Of a stretch of DNA of 52,744 nucleotides, positions 44,826 to 52,744 are shown piece by piece. The stretch comes from an uncultured Gammaproteobacteria bacterium (GTDB lineage Bacteria > Patescibacteriota > Patescibacteriia > Patescibacteriales > UBA12465). The stretch is taken from NCBI GenBank assembly GCA_964394905.1, contig CAYMZF010000002.1:1-52744 (forward strand). The letters run 5' to 3'. The notes below the pieces were generated by a model, which made no database searches, was not told where the DNA came from, and worked only from the letters and a program-made list of their open reading frames with translations. A program made the position numbers and the translations under genes. Positions within the stretch are counted from its first letter, which is position 1. Each line of letters begins with the position of its first letter.

Positions 44826-46043
44826 ATGAGTGATGATAAAAAAGAAAATAGTGTTCTACGCGCTTTATTAGAACAAGACACTATTAAAGTTCCGGGAGTA
44901 AACGATATTGTTGTTGGTAAGGTAATAACCGCTTCTAAGTCCGAAGTTCGTTTAGATATTGGCGGTGTTTTTATTGGTGTTGTTCGTGGTCCCGAATTAT
45001 ATTTTGAAGCTGAAGAATTTGCCAGTTTAAAACCGGGTGATGAAATTGAAGCTACCGTAATCGATGAAGAAAATGAACGAGGAGAATTGGAATTATCATT
45101 TAAGCAAGCCGGTCAGGAAAAGGCTTGGAGTAAACTAGAACAAGCCTTAAAAGATAAAGAAATTGTTAAAGTTAAAGTGGTTGAAGCTAATAAAGGTGGA
45201 TTATTGGTAAAATATTATCAAATTGCTGGTTTTTTACCAGTATCTCAGTTATCTCCAGAAAATTATCCTCGAGTTAATGGTGGTGACAAACAAAAAATAT
45301 TAGAAAAATTAAAATCGTTTATCGGCCAAGAAATTGAAGTTAATGTTATTAATTTAGGTGAAGAATCCGATAAAATAATTTTTAGCGAAAAAGATGTTTG
45401 GAATAAAAAACAAAAACACATAATTGATAAGTATAAGGTTGGTATGATAGTTGATGGTAAAATTTCAGCTGTTACTAATTTTGGTGTCTTTATAAGTTTT
45501 GGCGAGGGGATGGAAGGTTTAATTCATATTTCCGAATTAGCTTGGCAAAGAATTGAATCTCCGGAAAAACTTTATAAAGTCGGTGATATAATTAAAGCGG
45601 AAATAGTTAATCTTGATAATAATAAAATCTTTTTGAGCGCTAAAAAAATTGTTGAAGATCCATGGAAAAAAGCGGTTGAAAAGTATAAATCCGGCGATAT
45701 CGTTAAAGGCCAAGTTTTAAAAGTTAATCCGTTTGGATTATTTGTAAAATTAGATGATGAAATTCATGGTTTGGCTCATATTACCCAGTTAAATATAAAT
45801 GTTAAAGAAAAAATCAGTGATTTATTTAAATCCGGAGATGAACTTGATTTTGAAATTTTATCTATTTCACCGGCTGATCATCGTTTAGGTTTAAAATTGG
45901 TTAAAGAAGGAAAAAAAATAAAGAAAGATAAAATAGATTCAGAAGAAAAAGAGGAAATTAAAGATGAATCAAAAAAGAAAGAAAAAAAAGAAGTTAAGGA
46001 AAAATCGGTAAAAGAGAAAAAAGTTAAGGTTGATAAAAAATAA
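44826..46043 (+). CDS. rpsA: 30S ribosomal protein S1 (four S1 domains, Lys-rich tail)
   Basis: Repeated S1 OB motifs (VVGKVITASKSEVRLDIGG, VKVKVVEANKGGLLV, VDGKISAVTNFGVFISF, VKGQVLKVNPFGLFVKL). Confidence 0.88.
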   Translation: MSDDKKENSVLRALLEQDTIKVPGVNDIVVGKVITASKSEVRLDIGGVFIGVVRGPELYFEAEEFASLKPGDEIEATVIDEENERGELELSFKQAGQEKAWSKLEQALKDKEIVKVKVVEANKGGLLVKYYQIAGFLPVSQLSPENYPRVNGGDKQKILEKLKSFIGQEIEVNVINLGEESDKIIFSEKDVWNKKQKHIIDKYKVGMIVDGKISAVTNFGVFISFGEGMEGLIHISELAWQRIESPEKLYKVGDIIKAEIVNLDNNKIFLSAKKIVEDPWKKAVEKYKSGDIVKGQVLKVNPFGLFVKLDDEIHGLAHITQLNINVKEKISDLFKSGDELDFEILSISPADHRLGLKLVKEGKKIKKDKIDSEEKEEIKDESKKKEKKEVKEKSVKEKKVKVDKK

Positions 46044-46060
46044 TACATATAGCCAAAAAA

Positions 46061-46091
46061 ACAAAGAGCCGGTTATTCGGCTCTTTGTTTT
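46061..46091 (+). terminator. rpsA terminator
   Basis: ACAAAGAGCCG-gttatt-CGGCTCTTTGT followed by TTT. Confidence 0.75.
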
Positions 46092-46157
46092 AATATTATT
46101 TGTTTTTAAGCTTAATTTATTGTATAATATATAAATATAACATTAATTTATTACAAT

Positions 46158-47978
46158 ATGAAACCTTTTTTAAAAAATTCATTCATGTTTTTATTTTCTT
46201 TTTTGGTTATAGCCGCTTTGTTTAGTATTTTTACTCAAAATTCTTCCAAAACTGAAACTATTGGTTTAAATAATTTAGTGTCTTTAATTAATGATGAACA
46301 AATTACCGCTATTGAAGTGATTGATAACACTATAAATTTGACTTTAAATTCTGGTGAAAAGAAAACAGTAAAAAAAGAAAGCACCGAATCTTTTTCTGCT
46401 TTGATAAAAAATTTGGGTGTTGATCAAGAAAAAATGTCAAAAATAAATTTAATCGTTAAAGAAGATAGCAGTTTTAAAACAATGTTAATATCACTTTTAC
46501 CTATTTTAATTCCAGTTATTTTAATAGCCGCTTTTTTAATTTTCATGTTAAAAGGAGTAAATGGTGCTAATTCAAAAGCAATGATGTTCGGTCAATCTCA
46601 GGCTCGTGAATTTGATAATAAACAAAAAAATAAAATTACTTTTAAAGACGTAGCCGGGGCTAAAGAAGCTAAACAAGAATTAAGTGAGATAGTTGATTTT
46701 TTAAAATTTCCCAAAAAATTTTATGATTTGGGAGCTAAAATTCCTAAAGGCGTTTTACTGTTAGGTGGTCCGGGAATCGGAAAAACTTTAATGGCTAAAG
46801 CCGTAGCCGGTGAAGCCAATGTTCCATTTTTAAGTATTTCCGGTTCAGAATTTGTGGAAATGTTTGTAGGGGTGGGAGCTTCTCGGGTTCGATCTCTTTT
46901 TCAAAAAGCAAAAAAAAGTTCACCTTGTATTATATTTATTGATGAAATTGATGCCGTTGGCCGAAAAAGAGGTTCAGGTTTGGGCGGTTCTCATGATGAG
47001 CGTGAACAAACTTTAAATCAAATTTTAGTTGAAATGGACGGTTTTGAACCTAACGTCAGTATTATTGTTATTGCGGCTACTAATCGACCCGATGTTTTAG
47101 ATCCAGCGTTACTTCGTCCGGGAAGATTTGATCGTCAAATTGTAATTGATAATCCTGATTTAAAAGATCGTGAAGAGATTTTAAAAGTTCATGCGCAAAA
47201 AAAACCTTTAGCTAAAGATGTTGATTTAAAATTAATAGCTCAAAGAACTCCGGGATTTAGTGGGGCTGATTTAGCTAATGTTTTAAATGAAGCGGCTATT
47301 TTAGCCGCTCGGCAAAACAAAAAAATTATTGAATTGCCGGATTTGTTTGAAGCTATTGAAAAAGTTATTATGGGTCCGGAGAGAAAGGGTCGAATTATAA
47401 GTGATGACGAAAAGAAAATTACCGCTTATCATGAAGCCGGTCATGCGGTGGTGGCTAATTTTTTACCCAATGCCGATCCGGTTCATAAAATTTCAATTAT
47501 TGCTCGAGGTCAAGCCGGTGGTTATACTTTAAAACTTCCAGAAAATGATAAAAGATTATATTCAAAAAATTATTTTATTGATGAAATTGCTGTATTATTA
47601 GCCGGTCATTTAACTGAGAAAAAAATATTTGGAGAAGTTACTACCGGAGCTACTTCCGATTTGCGTCGAGCGACCGAATTAGCTCGTCGGTTAATAACTG
47701 ATTATGGAATGAGTGAAAAATTAGGTCCAAGAACTTTCGGTGAAAAAGAAGAAATGATTTTTTTGGGTCGGGAAATTCATGAACAACGTGATTATAGCGA
47801 AAAAGTGGCTGAAATGATTGATGAAGAAATTACTAATTTTATTAACGAAGGAGAAAAACGAGCTGTTAATATTTTAAATAAAAACAAAGAACAATTGGAA
47901 AAAGTTGTCGCCGTTTTATTAGAAAAAGAAACAATTGAAAAAGAAGAATTTGATAAATTAGTCGCCGTTAAGAACTAA
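46158..47978 (+). CDS. ftsH: ATP-dependent zinc metalloprotease FtsH
   Basis: Two TM helices, Walker A GGPGIGKT, Walker B IIFIDEID, the SRH region, and zinc site HEAGHA. Confidence 0.95.
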   Translation: MKPFLKNSFMFLFSFLVIAALFSIFTQNSSKTETIGLNNLVSLINDEQITAIEVIDNTINLTLNSGEKKTVKKESTESFSALIKNLGVDQEKMSKINLIVKEDSSFKTMLISLLPILIPVILIAAFLIFMLKGVNGANSKAMMFGQSQAREFDNKQKNKITFKDVAGAKEAKQELSEIVDFLKFPKKFYDLGAKIPKGVLLLGGPGIGKTLMAKAVAGEANVPFLSISGSEFVEMFVGVGASRVRSLFQKAKKSSPCIIFIDEIDAVGRKRGSGLGGSHDEREQTLNQILVEMDGFEPNVSIIVIAATNRPDVLDPALLRPGRFDRQIVIDNPDLKDREEILKVHAQKKPLAKDVDLKLIAQRTPGFSGADLANVLNEAAILAARQNKKIIELPDLFEAIEKVIMGPERKGRIISDDEKKITAYHEAGHAVVANFLPNADPVHKISIIARGQAGGYTLKLPENDKRLYSKNYFIDEIAVLLAGHLTEKKIFGEVTTGATSDLRRATELARRLITDYGMSEKLGPRTFGEKEEMIFLGREIHEQRDYSEKVAEMIDEEITNFINEGEKRAVNILNKNKEQLEKVVAVLLEKETIEKEEFDKLVAVKN

Positions 47979-48063
47979 ATTAATTATTTTCGTTAATTGT
48001 TATTTGACTAATATCAATTTTTAAATTATACTTAAATTAAATTTTAAAATAAACTTTTAAATT

Positions 48064-48264
48064 ATGTCAGTACCAAAAAGAAGAAAAACACGGTCAGCCG
48101 TTGGCCAAAATCGTTCCCATTTAGCTTTAAAACCTAAAACTTTAAATAGCTGTCCCAAATGCGGTCAAGCTATTTTACCCCATACTGCTTGCGGGTTTTG
48201 CGGAACCTATAAAGGTAAAACCGTTTTAACAATTAAAGATAAAAAAGCTAAAAGTAAAAAATAA
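48064..48264 (+). CDS. rpmF: 50S ribosomal protein L32 (zinc-ribbon form)
   Basis: MSVPKRRKTRS start, with CPKCG...CGFCG. Confidence 0.9.
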   Translation: MSVPKRRKTRSAVGQNRSHLALKPKTLNSCPKCGQAILPHTACGFCGTYKGKTVLTIKDKKAKSKK

Positions 48265-48303
48265 GGCACTGTTTAGTGCTTTATTTTTTTAATATATATA
48301 ATT

Positions 48304-48834
48304 ATGGCTAATAGACATTTATCCCGAACTATCGCTATGCAAACTTTGTTTGTATGGGATTTTAATAATCAAACTAAAAATTTAGATGATATCATTGAAG
48401 ATAATTTTAAAAATTTTGCTCCCGAATTTGATGATGGCGGTTTTGTTAGAGAACTAGTTTTTGGAGTTTTTAATAATTTAGAGGAAATTAATAACTATAT
48501 AAAAAAATATGCTCCAGAATGGCCTTTGGATCAAATTACGGTAATTGATCGGAATGTTTTGCGTTTAGGTATTTATGAATTAGTTTTTTCTGAAAAAATT
48601 CCGCCTAAAGTTGCTATTAATGAAGCGATTGAAGTGGCTAAAAATTTTGGCGGGGAATCATCCGGTAAGTTTATTAATGGAGTTTTAGGATCTATATTTA
48701 ATGACATGCCGGAAGAAGAAAAAACTAAAAGAGAAAAATTATCAACCCAAAAAACAAACAATAATAACGAAGAACAAACAGAAGATAAAATTAAACAAGA
48801 GGAAGTTATCGATAATCAGATTGAAAAAGATTAG
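48304..48834 (+). CDS. nusB: transcription antitermination factor NusB
   Basis: [25 protein letters not shown], and [24 protein letters not shown]. It has an acidic/Asn-rich C-terminal tail. Confidence 0.9.
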   Translation: MANRHLSRTIAMQTLFVWDFNNQTKNLDDIIEDNFKNFAPEFDDGGFVRELVFGVFNNLEEINNYIKKYAPEWPLDQITVIDRNVLRLGIYELVFSEKIPPKVAINEAIEVAKNFGGESSGKFINGVLGSIFNDMPEEEKTKREKLSTQKTNNNNEEQTEDKIKQEEVIDNQIEKD

Positions 48835-48931
48835 ATAATAAATTAGTTAAAATATTAATTAATAAAATAAATTATAATTTGCGTTTTTAAATATTTAAAA
48901 TTGAAAATTATAATTTATCTGATTTTATAAT

Positions 48932-49627
48932 ATGAGTAATTTAAAAGATTTAGAAAAAGAAATCAAGGTAAATTTTACTAACCATGATTTGTTGCAACAA
49001 GCCATGGTTCATCGATCGTATATTAACGAACATCCTAATTTTAAAATGGGTCATAATGAAAGATTAGAATTTTTAGGTGATGCTGTTTTAGAAATTATTG
49101 TTACCGAATATTTATACAAAAGTTTCCCCGATAAACCGGAAGGGGATTTAACTAATTGGCGAGCTAGTTTGGTTAATTCTAAAATGTTGTATAAAATAGC
49201 CAATAAATTAAATTTTGATAAATTTTTGTTATTATCTAAAGGTGAATCTAAAGATAGTAATTCCAAAGCTCGACACTATATTTTAGCTGATTCGGTGGAA
49301 GCTGTTATCGGGGCTATTTATTTAGATCAAGGATTGGAAATAGCTAAAGAATTTATTTTAAATAATGTTATAACCAATTTGGATGAAATTATAAAAAATA
49401 AAACTTATGTCGATCCTAAATCTCGTTTTCAAGAAATGTCGCAAGAAATTGTCGGAATTACTCCATCTTATCAAGTTTTAAAAGAAGAAGGTCCCGATCA
49501 TGCTAAAAAGTTTACCATCGGTCTATATTTAAATGAAGAACTTATAACTACCGGTGAAGGTTTTTCTAAACAAGAAGCTCAAACTAAAGCCGCCGAAGAA
49601 GGATTAAAAATTAAAAAATGGTTTTAA
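48932..49627 (+). CDS. rnc: ribonuclease III
   Basis: Signature NERLEFLGDAVL, then DSVEAVIGAIYLD, and a C-terminal dsRBD (GPDHAKKFTI...GFSKQEAQTKAAEEGL). Confidence 0.95.
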   Translation: MSNLKDLEKEIKVNFTNHDLLQQAMVHRSYINEHPNFKMGHNERLEFLGDAVLEIIVTEYLYKSFPDKPEGDLTNWRASLVNSKMLYKIANKLNFDKFLLLSKGESKDSNSKARHYILADSVEAVIGAIYLDQGLEIAKEFILNNVITNLDEIIKNKTYVDPKSRFQEMSQEIVGITPSYQVLKEEGPDHAKKFTIGLYLNEELITTGEGFSKQEAQTKAAEEGLKIKKWF

Positions 49628-49651
49628 TTTTTTAAACACTAATTTAAAAAT

Positions 49652-50860
49652 ATGAATATTGATAAAATATTTGAAGTAGCTATAGAGAAAAAAGCTTCTG
49701 ATATTCATTTGGTTCACGGTTTACCCCCAATTTTAAGAGTTAACGGGGAGCTGTTTTGTTTAAGTGATTCTGGTTTATCCAGTAGTGTTTTTTGTCAAGC
49801 GGATAATCTAAATACTCAAGTTTCTGATTTAATAGAAAAAAATGATGATACCGATCCGACCTCTCCGGCTAAATATACTTTTTCCGAAACCGGAGAAATT
49901 ATAAAAAAGGGATTATTATCCGGCAACCAAGATGATTTATCCGTAATTACTTCCGATAAAATTCATAAAATTGTAAAAAAAATTTTAACGGAAGAACAAT
50001 TAGAAAAATTTTATCGTCGTAAAGATTATGATCTTGGTTATGAATATCAAAATTCTCGTTTTAGAGTTAATTTGTCATATGAAAAAGGTAATTTAAAATT
50101 AGTGGCTCGAGTTATCGGCAATAAACTTCCAACTCTAGAAGAAATTAATATGCCCCCTAAAGTAATTGAATTATTAGGTTTAAAACAAGGTTTAATTTTG
50201 TTAACTGGTCCGACCGGTTGCGGTAAATCAACTTCTTTAGCGGCTATGATTAATTATATTAATAATAACAGAAGTTGTAACATTGTTACTTTAGAAGATC
50301 CGATGGAATTTATTTTTAAACCTAATAAAAGTATTATTACTCAAAGACAATTAGGGGTGGATATGCCTACTTTTTCCAGTGGACTAAAACATGTTTTGCG
50401 TCAGGATCCTAACGTTATTATGGTGGGCGAAATGAGAGACTTAGAAACTATTTCCACTACTTTAACATTAGCGGAAACCGGACATTTAGTTTTAGCAACA
50501 CTTCATACTTGTAATACTTATCAGACCATTGATCGTATTATTGATATGTTTCCGTCTCATCAACAAAATCAAGTTAAATCACAATTATCTTTAATTTTAT
50601 CAGCTGTGGTATCTCAAGTTTTAATTACTAAAAAAGGCGGTGGTCGAGTGGCGGTGCGAGAAGTTCTTATTAATAATAGTGCTGTAGCTAATTTAATCAG
50701 GGAACAAAAAATTCCGCAGATTAAAAGTGTTATTGAAACTCATTATAACGATGGTATGATAAGCTTTGATCGCAGTATCAAGGAATTGTACGAGCAGGAT
50801 TTAATAGATGAAGACGAATTTAATAAATTTTTAAATGCCCGATATATTACCGGAAGTTAA
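49652..50860 (+). CDS. pilT: type IV pilus retraction ATPase PilT-like (with ~55-aa N-domain insert)
   Basis: ASDIHLVHGLPPILRVNG, Walker A GPTGCGKST, Asp box TLEDPMEF, Walker B VIMVGEMRD, His box AETGHLVLATLHT, and GGGRVAVREVL. Confidence 0.85.
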   Translation: MNIDKIFEVAIEKKASDIHLVHGLPPILRVNGELFCLSDSGLSSSVFCQADNLNTQVSDLIEKNDDTDPTSPAKYTFSETGEIIKKGLLSGNQDDLSVITSDKIHKIVKKILTEEQLEKFYRRKDYDLGYEYQNSRFRVNLSYEKGNLKLVARVIGNKLPTLEEINMPPKVIELLGLKQGLILLTGPTGCGKSTSLAAMINYINNNRSCNIVTLEDPMEFIFKPNKSIITQRQLGVDMPTFSSGLKHVLRQDPNVIMVGEMRDLETISTTLTLAETGHLVLATLHTCNTYQTIDRIIDMFPSHQQNQVKSQLSLILSAVVSQVLITKKGGGRVAVREVLINNSAVANLIREQKIPQIKSVIETHYNDGMISFDRSIKELYEQDLIDEDEFNKFLNARYITGS

Positions 50861-51726
50861 TTACTCTTATATATTTTTTTTCCATCACTTATTATTTTAA
50901 TTGTTCCGTCTTGATCTGTACGGAACATTTTTATATTTAGTTTTTCTAAACGTTTTATAATTCTTAAACTAGGATGATTAAAATCATTGTTTTCTCCGAC
51001 CATAATAATAGCTATTTTAGGATTAACCGCTTCTAAAAATTTTTGATTACTGGCTGTAACTGATCCGTGATGGCCTATTTTTATAACATCACTTTTTATA
51101 TTTATCCCAGCGGATAAAATTTCGGATTCCACTTCGTTTTCGGCGTCACCCATAAACAAAAAGGAAGAATGATTACAAGTTAAACGACTAACAATAGAAG
51201 AATTGTTAACATTATCAATTTTTTGTTGATAAATGTTGGTAATTGGATAAATAATATTGAAAAAACAATCCGATTCCAAATTTATAGTTTGATTATAAAC
51301 CGGTAGTAGTAAAGGAATTTTATAATAAGAAATTAATTTTAACAGTTCATTATAAATATTGGATTCATAATCTATTCCATTATATAGAATTTGTTTAACA
51401 TCGTATTTTTTTATAATCGGAATTAGTCCGGTGATATGATCATCATGCGGATGGGTTATAATTATTAAATCAATTTGTTTATTCCACCATGGAATTTCTT
51501 TTTCCAATTCTTTTAACCCTTGCTCGCTACCAAAATCAATAATAATATTTTGTTGATTGGGAGTTTTTATAAAAATGGCATCGGCTTGTCCGGAATCAAT
51601 AAAAGAAATTTCTAAATTATTATTTTTTTTACTAACCTGATAAGTAATTAGAAAATAAAAAATTATTATTATTAAACCGGTAAAAAACAAAATTTTTTTA
51701 AATTTAATTTTATGATTGTTAAACAT
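50857..51726 (-). CDS. TM-anchored ComEC/Rec2-type metallo-beta-lactamase domain protein (no channel domain)
   Basis: N-terminal TM helix. GQADAIFIKTP, IIITHPHDDHITGL, FMGDAE, IKIGHHGS, and NDFNHPS, as in the C-terminal MBL domain of ComEC. There is a 4-nt convergent overlap (TTAA) with pilT. Confidence 0.75.
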   Translation of the reverse strand: MFNNHKIKFKKILFFTGLIIIIFYFLITYQVSKKNNNLEISFIDSGQADAIFIKTPNQQNIIIDFGSEQGLKELEKEIPWWNKQIDLIIITHPHDDHITGLIPIIKKYDVKQILYNGIDYESNIYNELLKLISYYKIPLLLPVYNQTINLESDCFFNIIYPITNIYQQKIDNVNNSSIVSRLTCNHSSFLFMGDAENEVESEILSAGINIKSDVIKIGHHGSVTASNQKFLEAVNPKIAIIMVGENNDFNHPSLRIIKRLEKLNIKMFRTDQDGTIKIISDGKKIYKSN

Positions 51727-51842
51727 TTTTTTTGAAATAATATTTTATAATTTCTATTATAAAAAAAAGTGGTTAAAATAATATTAAATTGTTTTTAAAA
51801 ATAACTTCAAAAATAGTCATTTTAGCCTTTATTTATGGGGTG

Positions 51843-51871
51843 TTGACAAATGTTTTTAAATCGTTTATAAT
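51843..51871 (+). promoter_or_regulatory. perfect consensus sigma70 promoter of the 23S rRNA gene
   Basis: TTGACA-N17-TATAAT at 51843-51871, about 345 nt upstream of the 23S 5' end. No gene lies in between. Confidence 0.7.
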
Positions 51872-52216
51872 TAACACAGTTTTAAAAACTTAGGCTTTAC
51901 GAAAAAAATAACTATGTTTATTTATTTTTTAGTATTAAATAAAATTTAGCGGCTTTAAGCTTTTTTAGCTTATTTTGTGGCCGCTTTAACAGCGGTTTTT
52001 TCTTTTTCAAAAAAAGTTTGCTCCTAAAATAAAAAATTAGAAATTAAAATTTTGCAGATTATCTTTTTAAAAATAATCTTCAAATATTGATATCTAATGG
52101 TATCGTATTGAACCTTAATAATTGAATGATGATTTTATTGTTCTTATGCAATTTCGAAACAATAAAATTTAGCGATAATTTTTAAATTATTTAAAATCAA
52201 AAATGTGAGAGAATCT

Positions 52217-52744
52217 CATTAAGAGTGAATGGTGGATGCCTTGACATAAAAAGACGATGAAGGACGTAGCAGCCTGCGATAAGCTACGGGGAGGTGGCAA
52301 GCAACCTTTGATCCGTAGATATCCGAATGGGGAAACCTACTCTGTTGAAGACAGAGTGCCCTGACGTTAGTTAGGGGGAGCACCCGGTGAACTGAAACAT
52401 CTTAGTAGCCGGAGGAAAAGAAAATAATAATTATTCCCTTAGTAGTGGCGAGCGAAACGGGAAGAGCCTAAACTTTATAAACTGAGCGATAATTAATTTT
52501 ACTTTTGTGAAAGAGATGTCGCGGAAGGGATCAAGCCCATATGTTTATAAGGTGTTGCAAGATAATTACTTTTGTCTCTTGAATAAGACGAGGTAAAGTC
52601 ATAAATAATATTTTTAACCGAATGAGCTGGAAAGCTCAACTATAAAAGGTGAAAGTCCCGTAGGTAAAAAAAATATTACTTTACTGTGATTATTCTTAAG
52701 TAGTGCGGGACTCGAGAAATCCCGTATGAATCTGGGTCGACTAT
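52217..52744 (+). rRNA. rrl: 23S ribosomal RNA, 5' part (runs off the window)
   Basis: Conserved domain I strings: GGTGGATGCCTTG, GACGATGAAGGACGT, CTGCGATAAGC, TCCGAATGGGGAAACC, GTGAACTGAAACATCTTAGTA, AGTAGTGGCGAGCGAAA, GGTGAAAGTCCCGTA. The exact 5' end is approximate. Confidence 0.92.

Noticed and set aside
48869-48916. Two copies of the 12-nt palindrome AAATTATAATTT, 36 nt apart, upstream of rnc.
   Set aside because: Each contains TATAAT and is pure A/T. They are most simply explained as -10-like sequences or low-complexity chance matches.
1026-49266. Short ORFs (61-114 aa) lying inside or antisense to long, confidently identified genes. They are 1026-1217, 1676-1897, 3125-3316, 4806-5006, 6659-6892, 6926-7126, 8502-8777, 8770-9030, 9049-9240, 10017-10202, 12507-12746, 14483-14701, 15613-15900, 15654-15884, 15803-16009, 26940-27284, 30704-31027, 32356-32547, 33638-33829, 34686-34883, 36584-36811, 44416-44649, 48573-48761 and 49051-49266.
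   Set aside because: Each overlaps a gene with clear family motifs. Their translations are low-complexity (F/L/I/S/K rich), as expected from alternative frames of AT-rich coding DNA. None has a recognisable motif.
51727-52216. Looked for a 16S 3' end, spacer tRNAs or a small ORF in the 23S upstream region.
   Set aside because: No anti-Shine-Dalgarno/16S 3' motifs and no cloverleaf-capable segment. I found only AT-rich hairpins, consistent with a processing leader.
1-52744. CRISPR arrays, cas genes, restriction-modification genes, classical type II toxin-antitoxin pairs, and IS elements with terminal inverted repeats.
   Set aside because: I found no regularly spaced direct repeats and no corresponding protein motifs anywhere in the window.

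Overview
This is a visibly AT-rich, tightly packed bacterial chromosome segment. The gene content and style fit a small-genome Patescibacteria/CPR-type organism; that placement is inference only. The supporting traits are a dominance of translation and housekeeping genes, lysine-rich protein tails, exported proteins anchored by TM helices, orphan pilin-like genes, a lamin-tail-domain protein, and a 23S rRNA gene with its own promoter and no 16S upstream.

I support 49 protein-coding genes:
- Four aminoacyl-tRNA synthetase genes: trpS, pheS, pheT, valS.
- topA, dprA, tsaD, ychF, trxA, trxB, nusA, nusB, hppA, tig, smpB, infC-rpmI-rplT, secG, rnj, rpsA, ftsH, rpmF, rnc.
- pilT and a ComEC-type MBL-domain gene.

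RNA genes are five tRNAs (Val-GAC, Ile-UAU, Glu-UUC, Leu-UAA, Gly-GCC), a tmRNA that abuts smpB, and the first ~530 nt of a 23S rRNA.

The one clear accessory region is a ~5.0 kb island at 17561-22588, inserted in tRNA-Glu.
- It is bounded by an exact 80-nt direct repeat (17481-17560 and 22589-22668).
- It is compositionally distinct, being poor in CG and CCGG.
- I can recognise no integrase in it.
- At its left edge it carries a GC-enriched structured RNA candidate followed by a 36-codon hydrophobic peptide ORF, which looks like a type I toxin arrangement.
- It then carries a co-directional six-gene cassette. Five of the proteins have near-identical CxxC-N10/11-CxxC zinc ribbons (four start MFCxxCG) fused to TM segments and variable modules: TPR, a trypsin-like protease with an intact triad, and a SHOCT-like helix.
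- I consider this cassette the best candidate for an undescribed system. Its function cannot be read from the sequence.

Secondary points of interest:
- A 111-nt rod-like hairpin RNA candidate between vanW and tsaD.
- A CG-poor AAA+/DUF4143 ATPase-nuclease gene wedged between hppA and tig behind two strong hairpins.
- A surface LTD plus OB-fold protein.
- A DHH-family protein with degenerate catalytic motifs.
- tRNA-Ile with a genomically encoded UAU anticodon.
- An unlinked 23S rRNA with a perfect consensus promoter.
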